Source of the DNA: Opitutia bacterium
GTDB taxonomy: Bacteria; Verrucomicrobiota; Verrucomicrobiia; Opitutales; Opitutaceae
NCBI GenBank assembly: GCA_947478395.1
Contig: CANJVR010000001.1
Span: 672,001-736,000, forward strand
Length of the DNA stretch: 64,000 nucleotides
Reading direction: 5' to 3'
This document shows, piece after piece, positions 1 through 9,736 of this stretch. Under the pieces are notes generated by a model that worked only from the letters and a program-made list of their open reading frames with translations, was not told the origin of the DNA and did not search any database. The translations under genes were made by a program, and so were the position numbers. How positions within the stretch are numbered: the first letter of the stretch is position 1; every line of letters starts with the position of its first letter.

Positions 1-2
1 GT

Positions 3-872
3 CGGCGCCCAGCCGTTCAGGTATTTCTGCGCGAGCGTGATATCAGGGCGGCGCTGCTTCGGATCATCAGCGGGTAGCGGGCGATGAACGAGCTTCGAAG
101 GGCCGCCGACCAGTTTCAGCGTGAGTTCGGCGAGTTGTTTCATCGTGAACTCGCCGGGATTACCAATATTGATCGGGCCGACCGTCGCGGTCTGGGTCAT
201 GAGGCGCAGGAAGCCCTCGATCAAATCATCCACGTAACAGAAGGAACGCGTCTGGCTGCCGTCGCCGTAAATGGTGATGTCTTCGCCCTTGAGCGCTTGC
301 ACGATGAAGTTCGAAACGACGCGCCCGTCGTTCGGGTGCATGCGCGGTCCGTAGGTGTTGAAGATGCGGACCACGCGGATATCGACTTTGTTTTCGCGGT
401 GGTAGTCGAAGAAGAGCGTCTCGGCGCAGCGCTTGCCCTCGTCGTAACAGGAGCGTTTGCCGATGGGATTCACGTTGCCCCAATAGCTCTCGGGCTGCGG
501 ATGGAGCGCCGGATCGCCGTACACTTCGCTTGTGCTCGCCTGAAACACGCGAGCTTTCACGCGCTTCGCGAGACCGAGACAGTTAATCGCGCCAACGACG
601 GACGTCTTCGTCGTCTTGATCGGATTGAACTGGTAGTGCGGCGGGGACGCGGGGCAGGCGAGATTGTAGATCTGGTCGACCTCAAACTTGAACGGGTCAA
701 TCACGTCGTGACGGACGAACTCGAATTTCGGATTACCGAGGAGATGCGCGATGTTCTGTTTTCGGCCAGTGAAGAGATTGTCGATGACGATGACCTCGTG
801 GCCATCCTTCAGCAGGCGATCACTCAAGTGTGAACCGAGAAAGCCGGCGCCGCCAGTGATGAGAATGCGCAT
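3..872 (-). CDS. UDP-glucuronate decarboxylase family NAD-dependent epimerase/dehydratase (3' end truncated by window edge)
   Basis: Manual translation from ATG at 872: [16 protein letters not shown]...[12 protein letters not shown]...STSEVYGDP...YDEGKRCAE...[10 protein letters not shown]. Not in the ORF track because it runs off the window. Confidence 0.92.
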   Translation of the reverse strand, partial: MRILITGGAGFLGSHLSDRLLKDGHEVIVIDNLFTGRKQNIAHLLGNPKFEFVRHDVIDPFKFEVDQIYNLACPASPPHYQFNPIKTTKTSVVGAINCLGLAKRVKARVFQASTSEVYGDPALHPQPESYWGNVNPIGKRSCYDEGKRCAETLFFDYHRENKVDIRVVRIFNTYGPRMHPNDGRVVSNFIVQALKGEDITIYGDGSQTRSFCYVDDLIEGFLRLMTQTATVGPINIGNPGEFTMKQLAELTLKLVGGPSKLVHRPLPADDPKQRRPDITLAQKYLNGWAP

Positions 873-984
873 GATGAAAATAGAAGAGGAGCCGCCGCGA
901 AAATAAAAGCCTGAATCCAGTCGGGGTGCATCGGGACCTCGGAGCCCGATCTAAAATTGTCCTGAATCGGAGGTTTTTCCGGAG

Positions 985-1097
985 CCATTTGGGGTCGCGG
1001 CAGGCGTCTCTGCCGGTGGGCTTCGACGGCCTCGTTTTCGGCCGGCGGGGACGCCTGCCTCTACGTCGTGAGCGGCTACGCTTTGGGTCAAACGCCC
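985..1097. repeat. ~110-bp REP-like palindromic element, copy 1
   Basis: gggtcgcggcaggcgtctctgccgg...ccggcggggacgcctgcctctac; aligns by eye with 10858-10970 and the reverse complement of 12892-13002. Confidence 0.8.
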
Positions 1098-2252
1098 CTA
1101 GGCCACACCCGCAATCCGGGCCGCGGCTCCGGCTTCGTAGCGCTCCACCCACGCCCGGTGCCACGTTGCGTAGTCTCCGGCTTCAAGGTGGACGCGCGCC
1201 TGACTCATCAGATCGAGGTAGAAATGCAGATTGTGCAAAGTGCAGAGCGTCGCCGCGAGCATCTCACCGGAAACGGTGAGATGGCGGAGATAAGCCCGCG
1301 AAAAATTCCGACACGTGTAATTGTCGAGGCCTTCGACGATGGGCCGCGGATCGGCGCGATATTTTTCGTTCTTCAGATTGATCGGGCCATCGGGCGTGAA
1401 AACGAGCCCATTGCGGGCGACGCGCGAGGGCAGCACGCAGTCGAACATGTCCACGCCGAGCGCGACCATCTTCAACAACTGCGGCGGCGTCCCGAGTCCC
1501 ATCGTATAACGCGGCTTGTCCGACGGCAGAAACGGCGTCGTCGCTCCCACCTGTTTCAACATTTCCGGCTCCGGTTCGCCGACGCTCACGCCGCCGACCG
1601 CGTAGCCGGGAAAATCCAGCGACGCCAGCGACTCCGCCGCTTCGCGCCGCAGATCGTCGAACGTCGAACCTTGCACGATCGCAAAGACATGGTGGCCGTT
1701 CGCGAGAAATCCGCTGTCCGTGGCGATCTGTTTACACTGCCGCGCCCAGCGGAAACTCCGCGCCACGGCCGTCGCACACGCGTCGCGTTCACACGGCCAC
1801 GGCGGGCACTCGTCGATCACCATCGCGATGTCGCTGCCGAGATTTTGCTGGATGCCCATGACCTCGCGCGGCCCGAGAAATAATTTCGCGCCGTCCAGAT
1901 GCGATTGAAAGGCGACGCCGTCGTCCCGGATCTCCCGCAGCTTCGCCAGCGAGAAAACCTGAAACCCGCCGCTGTCCGTGAGAATCGGACCATCCCAGCC
2001 CATGAACGCGTGCAGCCCGCCCAACTCGCGCACGAGTTCAGAAGTGGGGCGCAGATTGAGATGGTAGGTGTTGCCCAAAATAATCTGCGCGCCGATTTCT
2101 CGCAGGTGCGCCGGGGTAAGCGACTTTACCGTACCCTGCGTGCCAACCGGCATGAAGATCGGCGTCTCGATCGTGCCATGTCTCGTGCGCAAACGTCCGC
2201 GCCGCGCGGCGGTGACTGTATCAGTCGACAAAAGCTGGAAGTGATCGGGCAT
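1098..2252 (-). CDS. tgt: tRNA-guanine(34) transglycosylase (queuine tRNA-ribosyltransferase)
   Basis: TPIFMPVGTQGTVK, ILGNTYHL, LTDSGGFQVFSL, DECPP, GVDMFDCV motifs; start chosen at MPDHFQLL. Confidence 0.96.
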   Translation of the reverse strand: MPDHFQLLSTDTVTAARRGRLRTRHGTIETPIFMPVGTQGTVKSLTPAHLREIGAQIILGNTYHLNLRPTSELVRELGGLHAFMGWDGPILTDSGGFQVFSLAKLREIRDDGVAFQSHLDGAKLFLGPREVMGIQQNLGSDIAMVIDECPPWPCERDACATAVARSFRWARQCKQIATDSGFLANGHHVFAIVQGSTFDDLRREAAESLASLDFPGYAVGGVSVGEPEPEMLKQVGATTPFLPSDKPRYTMGLGTPPQLLKMVALGVDMFDCVLPSRVARNGLVFTPDGPINLKNEKYRADPRPIVEGLDNYTCRNFSRAYLRHLTVSGEMLAATLCTLHNLHFYLDLMSQARVHLEAGDYATWHRAWVERYEAGAAARIAGVA

Positions 2253-2369
2253 CGGCGAAGCGACGAGCATCGACGATTGGCCGCCCAACATCCAATCTTG
2301 ATTTTTCATCGGCACCGCCGCGCTTGACCCGGCGAGCCAATCAACAACCTATCTTGCCCCAAACCCACC

Positions 2370-2936
2370 GTGCTGCTCGTCATCGACAACTACGATTCGT
2401 TTACCTTCAACCTCGTCCAATATTTTGGGCAGCTGGGGGTGGAACAGCGCATTTTTCGCAATAACGAGATCACGCCGGCCGAAGCTATCGCGCTCAAACC
2501 CGACCGCGTACTGCTGTCGCCAGGGCCATGTTCCCCGCGCGAAGCGGGCGTCACGCTGGACATGATCAAGGCCTTCGCCGGCGTTAAGCCCATCTTAGGT
2601 GTGTGCTTGGGGCACCAGTCGATCGGTCATTATTTCGGCGGCAACGTCGTCCGCGCCGGGCGGCTCATGCACGGCAAGACCTCGCCGATCCTGCACAAGG
2701 ATACCGACGTTTTTAAGGGCATGCCGCAAGGCTTTGCCGCCACGCGCTATCACTCGCTGCTGATCGAGCGCGCCACGTTTCCGGCCGAATTGGAAATCAC
2801 CGCCGAGACCGCCGAGGGCGAAGTGATGGGATTACGCCACCGCGCCCTGCCCATCTGGGGCGTGCAATTTCACCCGGAGTCGATCGCGACCGACGGCGGA
2901 ATGAACATCCTGAAAAACTTTTTGTCGCTCAACTGA
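2370..2936 (+). CDS. trpG: Anthranilate/aminodeoxychorismate synthase component II (glutamine amidotransferase)
   Basis: [31 protein letters not shown] motifs; trpG versus pabA cannot be distinguished. Confidence 0.92.
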   Translation: MLLVIDNYDSFTFNLVQYFGQLGVEQRIFRNNEITPAEAIALKPDRVLLSPGPCSPREAGVTLDMIKAFAGVKPILGVCLGHQSIGHYFGGNVVRAGRLMHGKTSPILHKDTDVFKGMPQGFAATRYHSLLIERATFPAELEITAETAEGEVMGLRHRALPIWGVQFHPESIATDGGMNILKNFLSLN

Positions 2937-2940
2937 TCCC

Positions 2941-3408
2941 ATGCGCTGCCCCAAATGCACCTCGATCGAGGACAAGGTCATGGACTCCCGCATCAGCAAG
3001 GAGGGATCTACGATCCGCCGGCGGCGCGAATGCCTGGAATGCGGCCACCGCTATAGCACGACCGAAACTGTTCTGCGCGACGGCATGGTGGTGATCAAAC
3101 GCGATGGCCGCCGCGAAGAATTCGATCGCGAAAAACTCATGCACGCCGTGCGCGCCGCCTGCCACAAACGCCCGGTCGATCTCGAACAAATCGGTATGCT
3201 GGTCGAAGACGTGATCGACTCCGTCGAAGCGCAATTCGACACCGAGATTCCCTCGCGCGCGCTCGGCCAAGGCGTGATGCAACGCCTGCGCAACATCGAC
3301 CAGGTCTCGTACGTTCGCTTCGCCAGCGTCTACAAGGAATTCCGGGACGTCACCGAGTTCGTCGAGGAGATCAGTGCGCTCGGAAACCCGAAGCCGGAGA
3401 ACCGGTGA
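2941..3408 (+). CDS. nrdR: Transcriptional repressor NrdR
   Basis: MRCPKC...DSR...IRRRRECLEC zinc ribbon, ATP-cone, YVRFASVY. Confidence 0.97.
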   Translation: MRCPKCTSIEDKVMDSRISKEGSTIRRRRECLECGHRYSTTETVLRDGMVVIKRDGRREEFDREKLMHAVRAACHKRPVDLEQIGMLVEDVIDSVEAQFDTEIPSRALGQGVMQRLRNIDQVSYVRFASVYKEFRDVTEFVEEISALGNPKPENR

Positions 3409-3518
3409 AGCGCACCCGTTGTTTCCGGGAGGGCGGTCGCGCTCCCCATCGGAAACCCTTCCTGAATCGCCTCGCGGGCTCGGACGACGGGTTCATCGGC
3501 GAATCCTAGCATTTCAAA

Positions 3519-4025
3519 ATGCCCGCCCGCTCTCGTGACGACCTGCGTCGGCTGCACTTCATCAACGAGCTCTTCGCGCACACCACGGGCCGCGATCTTT
3601 ATCTCGCCGAACAAATCAAGACGGCGATCACGTTCAGTCTGACGGAACTCGAACAGCAGACCGCGGCACACCCGGAGTTTGCCGCCACGTTCGATGTCGC
3701 CTTCAACGCCGCCGCTTCCCGGTTGCTCGCTAAATTTTTCTCGGAGCGGCCGAGCCACGGTTTTTTCCATTGGGACGCCGCTGGCACGCCGCACGCCTCC
3801 ACCCCGCTTTTCACGCGGGCGGAAATCATGAGCGGACTGAAGCAGCTCGCGCCTTTCCGGGAGTCGACGCTACTCGTCACGAACCTCCGCCCCGCCCTGC
3901 TCCCGCCGGAGAAACGGGCCACCCCCCGCCGCCTGCGCGACTACACCGAAGCCCTCGCCTTTATCCGCGATCTCGCCGCCGCCCGCACGGCCCGCAGCGC
4001 CAATCTGCAGCTGCTGTTTTTGTAG
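3519..4025 (+). CDS. Hypothetical protein (168 aa)
   Basis: Protein-like composition, co-oriented between nrdR and the HIT gene; no family recognised. Confidence 0.7.
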   Translation: MPARSRDDLRRLHFINELFAHTTGRDLYLAEQIKTAITFSLTELEQQTAAHPEFAATFDVAFNAAASRLLAKFFSERPSHGFFHWDAAGTPHASTPLFTRAEIMSGLKQLAPFRESTLLVTNLRPALLPPEKRATPRRLRDYTEALAFIRDLAAARTARSANLQLLFL

Positions 4026-4128
4026 CCCACGGATCACACCGAGCACGCGCAAAAGGGAATGAGCGGCGATCCGGCTCGGGCATTTCCTCATCCACTTTCT
4101 TCCGTGTATTCCGCGTGTTCCGGGGGCA
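4025..4128. repeat. Imperfect inverted repeat built from ~9-mer units (cacacggaa-like)
   Basis: gcccacggatcacaccgagcacgcgcaa ... ttccgtgtattccgcgtgttccgggggc; related arm at 50512-50540. Confidence 0.65.
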
Positions 4129-4141
4129 ACTTCTCCCAGCC

Positions 4142-4483
4142 ATGGTAAAAACGCTTTTCCAAAAAATTATCGACCGCGAGATCCCCGCCAAAATCGAGCA
4201 TGAGGACGATCTCTGCATCGTGCTCCACGATATCCAGCCGCAGGCGCCCGTTCACCTGCTCATCATTCCGAAAAAGCCCATTCCACGCGTGGGTGAAGCC
4301 ATACCCGCCGACCAAGCCATCCTCGGCCATTTGCTGCTCACGGCCGGTACCCTCGCGAAAAAGCTCAATCTAGCGCGCGGCTTCCGTCTCGTGATCAACC
4401 ACGGCCCCGACGCCACCGAGTCTGTGCCGCATCTCCACGTCCACCTGCTCGCTCAACGTCAGCTGACCTGGCCCCCGGGTTGA
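4142..4483 (+). CDS. Histidine triad (HIT) nucleotide-binding protein
   Basis: TLFQKIIDREIPA, DIQPQAPVHLLIIP, VPHLHVHLL triad. Confidence 0.93.
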   Translation: MVKTLFQKIIDREIPAKIEHEDDLCIVLHDIQPQAPVHLLIIPKKPIPRVGEAIPADQAILGHLLLTAGTLAKKLNLARGFRLVINHGPDATESVPHLHVHLLAQRQLTWPPG

Positions 4484-4641
4484 AAGCCTGCCGAAGAACG
4501 CTCAGCCCGTGGGTGATCACGCTGGCCTCCACCGATTTTATGCGGACCAGAACTGCCGGAACGCCCCGTCGTTTCATTTCGCGGCGGAACAATCCACCGT
4601 TGGTCCGGATCCTATGCGGCCGGCCCCTTTCGCTCCGTAGC

Positions 4642-6993
4642 ATGTTTTTTCCCACGCATTCTTTCCGACGTCTGGTCGTTCTGTTGGGCTGCACGGCGTC
4701 GCTTCTGACCGCACAACCCGCCAGCCGGTCCCGCAACCCGCCCGCCCAGCCCACGCCCGCCAACACGGCACCGACGCTGACTCCGCCGGAGCTAAAACTC
4801 GTCGCCCAATTTGATCGGGACGGCGACCAGCGCCTCGATGCGACGGAGAGGCAGGCCGCCCGCGCTTACCTCGCGCAACATCCCGAACCCCTCCCCGCCC
4901 CGACCGCGAATCGTCCTATCCTCGATGAACCATTCGCCCTCGAACCCAGCCGGCCCGGCGAAAAAATTACGCCCGCGCAAGTCGCAACGTTGGCCGAAAG
5001 GCCGCTCTATGATCCCGCCACGTTGCGCACCGTTTTTCTGGAATTCGATTCCGCCGATTGGGAAGCGCAACTCACCGACTTCGCCCGCACCGATGTGCGC
5101 GTTCCGGCGCGCCTCACCGTGGACGGCCAGAGTTACCCGGCCATCGGCGTGGGCTTTCAACCACTCCCTGCGGGCACGTCTTTTCCCTTAGGCTACAAGC
5201 GAACCCTCTCGCTCGCGTTGGATTTTTCCCGCAGCGAGGCGCGCCTCGGTGGAGAACGCACTTTGCAACTCGAAGACGCGCGCACCGATCCGACCCTCGT
5301 GCGGAGCATACTCTATCGCCAGATCGCCCGCGATTATCTGCCGACGCCGCAGGCCAACTTCGTCCGCGTGGTCATCAATGGCGAATCGTGGGGCATCTAT
5401 GTGAGCACGCAGCCATTCGACGACGAGTTCCTCCGCGAAAACTTCGGCTCGGTCGCCGGTGCGCGCTGGATTGCGTCCGGCCAGGGAAATTTCGCCTACC
5501 TTGGCGACGATCCTGCGCCCTATCGCAATCGCTACCGCATGCTTTCGCGCGACGATCCCGCCGCATGGGCCCGCTTGATCCAGCTTTGCAAAACGCTCGA
5601 CCAAACGCCGCTGTCGGAACTCGAGAACGCGCTAAAGCCGCAGCTCGATGTCGACCGCGCCCTCCGGTTTCTCGCTCTCGAAACCGCCCTCATGAATCAG
5701 GGAGGCTACACCGACGGCGGACGCGGCTACGGTATTTACCTCGATCCCAAAGGGCACTTCCAAGTCATCCCACTCGCCACCGAATCGAGTTTCCAACTGC
5801 ACGCGGCCCATGAGTTCGTCAACGAGCCGCGCGGTCGCCCCGGCCGAAAAACACCTCCGTCGCCCAACGATCCCGCGCCGCCCAAGGCCCCGGCTGAAAT
5901 CCCGGTGCCGCCCAAAGCCACGCCAAATGGAACGCCCGGCGAGTATCCGCGCCAGAGCGGCACCGACCTCGCGCTGCTGCTGAGCTACAGTTTCGTCAAC
6001 AAGGTCGATCGCAACGGCGACCTCACGCTGAGCCGGGAGGAATGGCTGGATTTCGCCCGAGCGTGGTTTCTCGTCATCGACGAGAATTACGCCGGCGAAA
6101 TTACCCTGACCCAATTCACGGCCAGCGTTCGGTATCTGATCGCCCCGCCGTCGATGCGGAATCCGAAGGTCCAACAAACATTTTCCGGCGACGACGCGGC
6201 GGCTCAGATCGCCGGCGATCTTTGGCGCGCGATGGCGCCGCACCGCCGGGAAGACCGCGTGGACCGCGATGAATTCGTCGCGTCGTTCGCCGCGTGGTTC
6301 AGCACATGGAGCGATCCGAAAATTCCCCAGCTCACCCAGCCGGTGCTGCAACGCGCGTTCGAGCGCCTCTTTTCCCGCTCGGTCTTTCAAGCCGATCAAC
6401 TCTACGTCAAGCAAGGCGCTGGCGCGGTGCGCGACGATGCAGGCGGCCCCGAGACCCGCGGCGGGCGGGGTGGCCGCGGCAGCAGCGACGGAGGCGGTGG
6501 CTTCAGTGTCGGCGGAGGACTCTCCGCTCTCGGTGGGCTGGTAGGCTTGGGGCCGGACGGTCTTCGAATCGGTCGCGGCCGCGGTGGTCGCGGTGGCGGC
6601 GGCGCAGATGCGGGTCGCGTGCTCGAGACCTACTACGAACCACTCGATCCCCTCGGTCCGCTGCAGGATCCGGAAAATATTCTCTTCATCAAGCTACTCG
6701 CGGCGCCGTCGTTGCGCGCGCGTTACCTCAGCTACGTTCGCGCGATCGCGGACCAGTGGCTCACATGGCAACGCCTCGGCCCAATTGCGAAAGCAGCGCA
6801 GGCGATCGTCACCGAAGACGTGAAACGCGAGACCCACACTCCGAACAGCTACATCCGCTTTGTGCAGAATCTGGATCAGGATACGTCCCCGGGAAACGGG
6901 TTGAAACGTGACTCCACCGAAGCGCCGAACTTGAAAGCGTTCATCGAGGAACGCCGCGTTTACCTGCAACAGCATACAGCGCCGAATGGGTGA
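4642..6993 (+). CDS. Secreted CotH-kinase-like protein with EF-hand-like motifs and Gly/Pro-rich inserts
   Basis: Signal peptide; FDRDGDQRLDATE and VDRNGDLTLSREEW EF-hand-like loops; LYDPATLRTVFLEF, ANFVRVVINGESWGIY, LDVDRALRFLALE typical of CotH. Confidence 0.8.
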   Translation: MFFPTHSFRRLVVLLGCTASLLTAQPASRSRNPPAQPTPANTAPTLTPPELKLVAQFDRDGDQRLDATERQAARAYLAQHPEPLPAPTANRPILDEPFALEPSRPGEKITPAQVATLAERPLYDPATLRTVFLEFDSADWEAQLTDFARTDVRVPARLTVDGQSYPAIGVGFQPLPAGTSFPLGYKRTLSLALDFSRSEARLGGERTLQLEDARTDPTLVRSILYRQIARDYLPTPQANFVRVVINGESWGIYVSTQPFDDEFLRENFGSVAGARWIASGQGNFAYLGDDPAPYRNRYRMLSRDDPAAWARLIQLCKTLDQTPLSELENALKPQLDVDRALRFLALETALMNQGGYTDGGRGYGIYLDPKGHFQVIPLATESSFQLHAAHEFVNEPRGRPGRKTPPSPNDPAPPKAPAEIPVPPKATPNGTPGEYPRQSGTDLALLLSYSFVNKVDRNGDLTLSREEWLDFARAWFLVIDENYAGEITLTQFTASVRYLIAPPSMRNPKVQQTFSGDDAAAQIAGDLWRAMAPHRREDRVDRDEFVASFAAWFSTWSDPKIPQLTQPVLQRAFERLFSRSVFQADQLYVKQGAGAVRDDAGGPETRGGRGGRGSSDGGGGFSVGGGLSALGGLVGLGPDGLRIGRGRGGRGGGGADAGRVLETYYEPLDPLGPLQDPENILFIKLLAAPSLRARYLSYVRAIADQWLTWQRLGPIAKAAQAIVTEDVKRETHTPNSYIRFVQNLDQDTSPGNGLKRDSTEAPNLKAFIEERRVYLQQHTAPNG

Positions 6994-7118
6994 AGCGCGC
7001 TTTCGCGCTATCTCAGATTGGAAACTCGAGATCGCCGATTTCAGATTCAGCGGTCGCGGAGCTGACCGCGGACGCTGGGCCGGCCAAGCGATCGGCCCTT
7101 CATCCCGCGCAACCGCCC

Positions 7119-8243
7119 CTAACTCCGCGCCTCGAACGCACCATCCACACGTTTCGCCACGGCGCGTTTCAACTCCAGCATCATCAGCACCGCCGAGATT
7201 TGCGCCGCCGTCAGTCCGGTCTGTTCCGCCAGCGCATCCGGCGTGAGCAACGCCCCGCCCGCAAAACACGCGAACACCTTCGCCTCATCCGCCGTGAGAT
7301 TGGCCGGCGTTCCCTCCGGCGTGCCGGGTTTTGCGGGGATCGGGGACGGGCGTAATCCATCGAGGTAGTTCAACTCGCCCAACACATCGTCCACGCTCGT
7401 CAGCAAAGTCGCCCCGTCGCGGATCAACTGATGGCACCCAGCACTCGTCGATTGATCGATCCGACCCGGGACCGCGAAAAGCAACCGCCCCTGCTCGCCC
7501 GCAAAGCGCGCCGTGATCATCGCGCCGCCATCGACATCGCTCTCGACCACGATCGTCGCTTCGCACATGCCCGCAACAATGCGGTTGCGCATGGCAAACG
7601 ACTGACGGTCGGCGCGCCGCCCAAACGGAAATTCCGACAAAACCGCGCCGCTCTCCTCGATCTTTCTATACAGCTGCAAATTTTCGGGCGGATAAACGAG
7701 GTCGATGCCGTTACCCAACACCGCCGCGGTTTTTCCACCCACCGAAAGCGCGCCCTCATGCGCCGCGGTGTCGATGCCGCGCGCCAATCCACTGACGACG
7801 CAAAACCCCAGTCTCGCCAGTTCCGCGCCGAGTTTCTTCGCCGTGGCCTGACCATACAAAGTCGTCCGCCGCGAGCCGATGATCGCGATGCAGGGCTGAG
7901 AAAAATCATAGTGCCCTTTGCGATAAAGCGTGATCGGCGGGTCCGAAATTTCGCGCAGCAATTTCGGATAGGCGGGATCGCGGCCGGTGAGAAAATCCGC
8001 CCCGCTCTGCGCGAGCCGGGCTTCTTCTCGCGCCAGATCGAAGTGCTCCCGCCATCCCGCCAACGTCGCGCTGATGACCGAGCCGACTCCCTTCACGCCT
8101 TCGAGCCGACGGCGCTCCGTGCGAAATATTTCCCGAGGATCGCCGCCGAGTTCATCGAGTAGCCGGTTGAGCGTGATCGGCCCGATGTTCGGCAGCGCAT
8201 TTAAGACCAAAAATGCCTGCCGCTCGGTTAACTCATCGCTCAT
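7119..8243 (-). CDS. dprA: DNA-processing protein DprA
   Basis: IAIIGSR, VVSGLARGIDTAAH, FAMRNRIVAG, LFAVPG, C-terminal winged helix; ATGA overlap with the nnr stop. Confidence 0.96.
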   Translation of the reverse strand: MSDELTERQAFLVLNALPNIGPITLNRLLDELGGDPREIFRTERRRLEGVKGVGSVISATLAGWREHFDLAREEARLAQSGADFLTGRDPAYPKLLREISDPPITLYRKGHYDFSQPCIAIIGSRRTTLYGQATAKKLGAELARLGFCVVSGLARGIDTAAHEGALSVGGKTAAVLGNGIDLVYPPENLQLYRKIEESGAVLSEFPFGRRADRQSFAMRNRIVAGMCEATIVVESDVDGGAMITARFAGEQGRLLFAVPGRIDQSTSAGCHQLIRDGATLLTSVDDVLGELNYLDGLRPSPIPAKPGTPEGTPANLTADEAKVFACFAGGALLTPDALAEQTGLTAAQISAVLMMLELKRAVAKRVDGAFEARS

Positions 8244-9736
8244 GCCGGCGACTCTCGTAGTGCGTCCGGCAAAAAGTCCAGCAGCTGCGTCGTCATCACC
8301 GCCGTTTGCCCGTGCGCCCGGGCCAGCGCATCTGCCGCGCGCCCATGCCACTCTACGCCACGACTCGCCGCGAGCAGCGGATCCGACGGCGTCTGAGCGA
8401 GCAATCCGCCGACTAAACCCGCCAGCAAATCGCCGCTGCCGCCGCGCGCCAGCACCGGCCCTCCCGCCAGGCTGTGGTAAGTTTCTTGGCCTGCACGGAT
8501 CCGCGTGATCGGGCCCTTCAGTACGACGGTCGCGCCTGTACTAGCGGCAAATTCTTGCAAGGTCGCCCCGGCCGCGATCCGCGCGAATTCGCCGGCGTGC
8601 GGCGTAAGCACCCGCGGCGCCCCGCCCGCGCGCACGATCTCGGGTTGCAACGCATCAGCGTCGATGACGAGCGGAACGGGTGACGTCGTCACCATCGCTT
8701 TGACCAGCGCGCGGGTCTCAGCTTCGCACCCGAGACCCGGTCCGATCACGAGCGCGCTGGCCCGCGCGATGCGCTCGTTCCATAAATGTTGTCCCTCAAG
8801 CGCGAGACCGCCGCCCGGTGTTTCCGGCCAGCCGACCCACATGGCCTCCGGCGCGCGGGCGGCAAACGCCGGCACGAGAAACTCCGGGACAAACGCCGTC
8901 ACCAAACCCGCGCCGCTGCGCAGCGCGGAGAGCACCGACATCAGCACCGCGCCCGGATAATTTATCGAACCGCCTACGATAAAAACGTGGCCGTGCGTCC
9001 GCTTGTCGGACCGTGAAGCCCGCAACGCCGCCAGCGGACCGAGCAGCGCGGGCGTGAGCACGCGATCGAGCGCGGGAACGTTTTTCTCCTCAAAAAATCC
9101 GAGATCGAGATAGCGCAGGCGACCGGCGTTCGCGCAGTCGAGCACCGGTGATTTCACGATGCCGGTGGCGTAGGTGAAATCGGCGCGAAACGCGTCCGGC
9201 GCATCGAGTCCGCTCGGCAAATCCACGGCGGCACGCAGACGGACGGGCAAAGCGTTGGCGCGCCGCAAAACTTCCGAGGAGCGCGCGTCGAGCGGCGGGC
9301 GAAATTGAAAACCGAAAACTCCGTCGAGACTGAGATCGTAGCGTGGGAGGGCAGCCGCGCCTCCACGATTCACCCGTTCGCGTCCAAAATGAACGAGGTC
9401 CCGCCACGCCCGGCGCGCGAGCGGTCGCAGCGCACGTTCACCGAAAACAAATTCCACGTCGGCGGTGGCGGCGGGGAATTTTTCGAGGATCGCGCGGGTC
9501 GCGAGCAAGGCATCGCCGCCGTTATGGCCCTTGCCGACTAGCACCAGCACGCGCGCCTCGGACGGAAACCGGCCGATTTCCTGGAAATCCTGCAGCACGG
9601 CCCCCGCGAGCGCGCGGCCGGCTTGCTGCATGGCGGTCCACTCGAAGGCTTCGTTGGCGCCAAACCGTTTCAGCTCGAAGGCGCCAGCTTCGGCGCACGA
9701 CAGGATCGGATGACTCGCGGACAGCGAAATGCTCAC
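8240..9736 (-). CDS. nnr: Bifunctional NAD(P)H-hydrate epimerase/dehydratase (YjeF)
   Basis: GKGHNGGDA, DLPSG, GGSINYPGA, IGPGLG, IDADAL, LTPHAGEF, GGSGDLLAG; GTG start overlaps the upstream stop (GTGA). Confidence 0.92.
   Translation of the reverse strand: MSISLSASHPILSCAEAGAFELKRFGANEAFEWTAMQQAGRALAGAVLQDFQEIGRFPSEARVLVLVGKGHNGGDALLATRAILEKFPAATADVEFVFGERALRPLARRAWRDLVHFGRERVNRGGAAALPRYDLSLDGVFGFQFRPPLDARSSEVLRRANALPVRLRAAVDLPSGLDAPDAFRADFTYATGIVKSPVLDCANAGRLRYLDLGFFEEKNVPALDRVLTPALLGPLAALRASRSDKRTHGHVFIVGGSINYPGAVLMSVLSALRSGAGLVTAFVPEFLVPAFAARAPEAMWVGWPETPGGGLALEGQHLWNERIARASALVIGPGLGCEAETRALVKAMVTTSPVPLVIDADALQPEIVRAGGAPRVLTPHAGEFARIAAGATLQEFAASTGATVVLKGPITRIRAGQETYHSLAGGPVLARGGSGDLLAGLVGGLLAQTPSDPLLAASRGVEWHGRAADALARAHGQTAVMTTQLLDFLPDALRESPA

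Noticed and set aside
84..833. 249-aa plus-strand ORF
   Set aside because: Antisense shadow of the minus-strand UDP-glucuronate decarboxylase.
4480..4641. Long N-terminal extensions in the ORF track (also tgt, dprA, nnr, sucC, DUF3500, proB, lysA)
   Set aside because: Family similarity or signal peptides begin at downstream starts.
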